From: Spirochaetia bacterium
GTDB taxonomy: Bacteria; Bacillota; Desulfotomaculia; Desulfotomaculales; JAJYZD01
Assembly: GCA_035530395.1 (NCBI GenBank)
Contig: DATKUX010000146.1
Span: 273-64,272, forward strand
Length of the DNA: 64,000 bases
Direction of reading: 5' to 3'
The notes below the pieces were generated by a model that saw nothing but the letters and a program-made list of their open reading frames with translations, did no database searches and was not told the origin of the DNA. The number at the start of each line of letters is the position of its first letter. Position 1 is the stretch's first letter. Both the position numbers and the translations under genes were made by a program. Positions 61,667 to 64,000 of the stretch are shown one piece after another.

Positions 61667-63187
61667 CTACAGTCCCGCCGACCGTAACTCCTCCCACAGG
61701 GTCTTGTGCCGCGGATACCTGGCTTTAAGCCCGGCCATGTACTCTTCCCACCGATCCCCCGTCCTCTCAAAGAGGGCCTTTGCCCGTACCAGACACCGGG
61801 CGGCTTCCCGATAGGCTTCCCTCCGCTGCTGTCTGATATGTTCCTGCGCCATTTCCCGGTAAAGGGCGGCGGCTTCGGCGGGAAAATCCTCTTCCGCCAC
61901 ATGGGCCAGGTCTTTACGGTAATTCCACCTGAGCGAGGGCGAAACCCGGGAATACAGCTCCAGTGCCCGGCTTGCCTCTCCCTCGACCAGGGCTATGGCC
62001 AAAAGCTCCGGCCACCTTTTCTCGCCTTCCAAGACGTGCAGCAACTGCAATCGAATCCGTTCCCAGTCGTCCGTCTTCTGAGCCGTACTACTTACGGCAA
62101 GAAAGGAATCAGCCGAAGGCTGCCGGAGGAAGTCGCGGGTCTGCAACTCCAGGGCTTTCCCCCACTCTTCCCGACTCAAATGGTACTCTATGAGCAACTG
62201 CCCATGCGCGGGATCCTCCTCGGACAGACCGGTCACAAAATCAACCGCCTGCTCCATGAGGCCACCTGTTACCAACTGGTCGACCACCCGGGCAATTACC
62301 TCCGGCAGGTACAGGAAATTTTCCCGGGCCATGGTAAGAGCCTCTTCCGCTTTCCCCTCCTTGATCATCAGAAACATGACCTGCTCCGGAGGCCCGGTTT
62401 CTTTGATGATTGGCACCCGTTCCTGCGCCCTCGTCTGCCAGGCGGTCAGCCTTTCGCCGAGGTAGGCCCGGTTGCCGCCACCCACCATTGCTGCCCGGAT
62501 CTGTACTTCCAGTGGAGCCCACTCTTCGGCAGAAGTATGCTCCACAATCAGATCAAAGGCTCCCGGAGCCAGATCAATACCACCCAGATCGGCCAGTTCG
62601 GCCGCCAAAAGGGCGGCAAACCATCCGGCGCGCCCCTCTCCGTTGCCTTCGGACAGGCACTCCTCCATCAGTTCCACACTCTCCCCGCCGAAGACCGCTA
62701 TCTCCCCCTCTTCGTCCAACTCCTGGATATCCTCGTAGTTTTCGGCCAGGGCGGTCAGGATCGCTTGGCACACGGTGCCCGCTCCGACCCAGTCGTTCTT
62801 GTCGGCCATATCCCGGGCCGTGACGAGCAGGCCCCGCAGGTCCCTTTCGATCAGGCGGCCGTCCTCCTGCTGCAGTGCCTCGGAGGCCAGGCTCAGCCAG
62901 GCCTCCCCGTCCGCCTGTCCCCTGCCATCCGCGAGGATGGGGGTGGTCACCGTGCCCAGGTCCACCACCTCGCAACCCGTAGACAGTAATCCTTTCACCA
63001 ATGTGTTTTTCAACCGGGGGGAACTCAGGCGGTTGTCCATCCCCACCAGAACCTGGGCCAGACCCTTTCTTTGCAGAAAGGTGCCGAAGGCGCGGCCTAA
63101 AGAGGCAACCGTATCGTCGGTGAGATCGCGCTCAGCCACGCCACGAATGTCGTATTCGCGAAAGATGCTCGGATTTAAAATAGACAC
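61667..63187 (-). pseudogene. Chimeric ORF: N-terminal about 86 aa of phosphomannomutase/phosphoglucomutase fused to a SWIM-associated family middle+C-terminal region
   Basis: MSILNPSIFREYDIRGVAERDLTDD...GCEVVDLGTVTTPILA is the PMM/PGM domain I start, but the active-site Ser loop and domains II-IV are absent. From about 62929 downward the sequence is paralogous to the 59395-59870 fragment. Confidence 0.65.
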
Positions 63188-63219
63188 CTTGCTCTATCCC
63201 CTCTGCCAATTGGATTCTT

Positions 63220-64000
63220 TCACAGCACGTGATCCAGGCCTGCTTTTTCCAAAGCCGCGGTGAGAAGCTTTAGATCTCCCGCCCGCTCCTTGGTACAGAC
63301 CAGCAGGCATTCACCGTCATCCACCACGACCAGGTCCGTGATTCCCAGGGTAGCTACGAGCCGGCCCGGCACCCTGATGATGCTCCCCGTGGTCTCGAGG
63401 AAAACCCCTTGCGCATCCAGAACATTGCCATTCCCCTCCGTTTCCCGGCACCGCTCCAGGGCCGGCCATGTGCCCACATCGTCCCAGCCGAAATCTCCCG
63501 GCAGCACAAGGACATTGTCGGCCTTCTCCATGATGCCGTAGTCGACGGAGACCTTGGGCAGGGCGGAATAGATGCCGGCCAGCTTTTCCCTATATTCCCG
63601 GCTCCCTTGCACATCCAGCAGGCTCCCGATTTCCGCCAGTCCGGTCGCCAACTCGGGCAAGTACCGGTCAATAAGACGCAGGATAACATCGGCCCGCCAG
63701 ATGAACATGCCGCTGTTCCACAGATACCGACCGCTGGACAGAAACTCCCGGGCCCTGTCCGCGGTGGGCTTCTCGGTGAACCTTTCCACGCGGTAGGCCG
63801 GGATGTCATTTGATGGTTCCACCGGTTCACCGCGGGATATGTATCCGTAGCCCGTGTCCGGCCGGGTGGGGGTGATGCCCATGGTCACCAGCCACTCGCC
63901 GCTGGCGGCGTAGTCCGCGGCAGCGCGTAGCAGCGTCTGGAACTTTTCCGCATCGGCAATGTAGTTGTCGGCCGGCAGCACGATCATAACCCCTCTCGGA
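63220..64000 (-). CDS. manC: Mannose-1-phosphate guanylyltransferase (5' end beyond the window)
   Basis: The C-terminal two-thirds of a GMP-type nucleotidyltransferase (VLPADNYI...TGYGYI...FTEKP...YLWNSGMF). The frame stays open to the window edge. Confidence 0.85.
   Translation of the reverse strand, partial: PRGVMIVLPADNYIADAEKFQTLLRAAADYAASGEWLVTMGITPTRPDTGYGYISRGEPVEPSNDIPAYRVERFTEKPTADRAREFLSSGRYLWNSGMFIWRADVILRLIDRYLPELATGLAEIGSLLDVQGSREYREKLAGIYSALPKVSVDYGIMEKADNVLVLPGDFGWDDVGTWPALERCRETEGNGNVLDAQGVFLETTGSIIRVPGRLVATLGITDLVVVDDGECLLVCTKERAGDLKLLTAALEKAGLDHVL

Overview
High-GC (about 60%) chromosomal segment, by gene content from a Gram-positive anaerobe (Clostridia-like Firmicute; inference from rapZ-yvcK-whiA, glpP, plsY, sigma-54, CooT, ftsEX-ctpA). 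Most genes are on the minus strand. The backbone has four parts. (1) A glycerol regulon at 1-12.4 kb: leader-glpF-glpK-MCP::PhnD fusion-glpABC-gap-glpP, plus a lipase/DJ-1 operon with a homologous leader. (2) plsY, a panE-like gene, HPP/CBS genes, coaE, rpoN, whiA, yvcK and rapZ. (3) A carbohydrate block (PGI/PMI, glycogen debranching enzyme, ROK glucokinase, HAD) followed by uvrCAB. (4) ald, a PocR kinase/AraC regulator pair, UDG, CooT, ctpA, ftsEX and manC. The standout is two divergent IscB genes (24740-26203 and 55307-56884). Each has PLMP-like/RuvC/bridge-helix/HNH architecture. Each is preceded by a 330-380 nt structured non-coding region homologous between the copies (candidate omega-RNAs). 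Each is bounded by hairpins of the form CCCC-A-NNNN-loop-NNNN-GGGG that carry compensatory substitutions, as expected for IS200/IS605-type ends. No TnpA is present. These are OMEGA-type RNA-guided nuclease loci, the transposon-borne relatives of Cas9. Other accessory content includes two Phd/YefM-ParE/RelE cassettes, one with its toxin killed by a 7-bp duplication. There is also a low-GC STAS/GHKL-ATPase pair and a small retropepsin/AbrB islet. An accessory island of about 8 kb (54.7-62.9 kb) truncates manB and carries decaying SWIM-protein paralogs and an orphan 498-aa gene. I found no rRNA, tRNA or CRISPR array. All homology calls rest on motif recognition by eye, not database searches.
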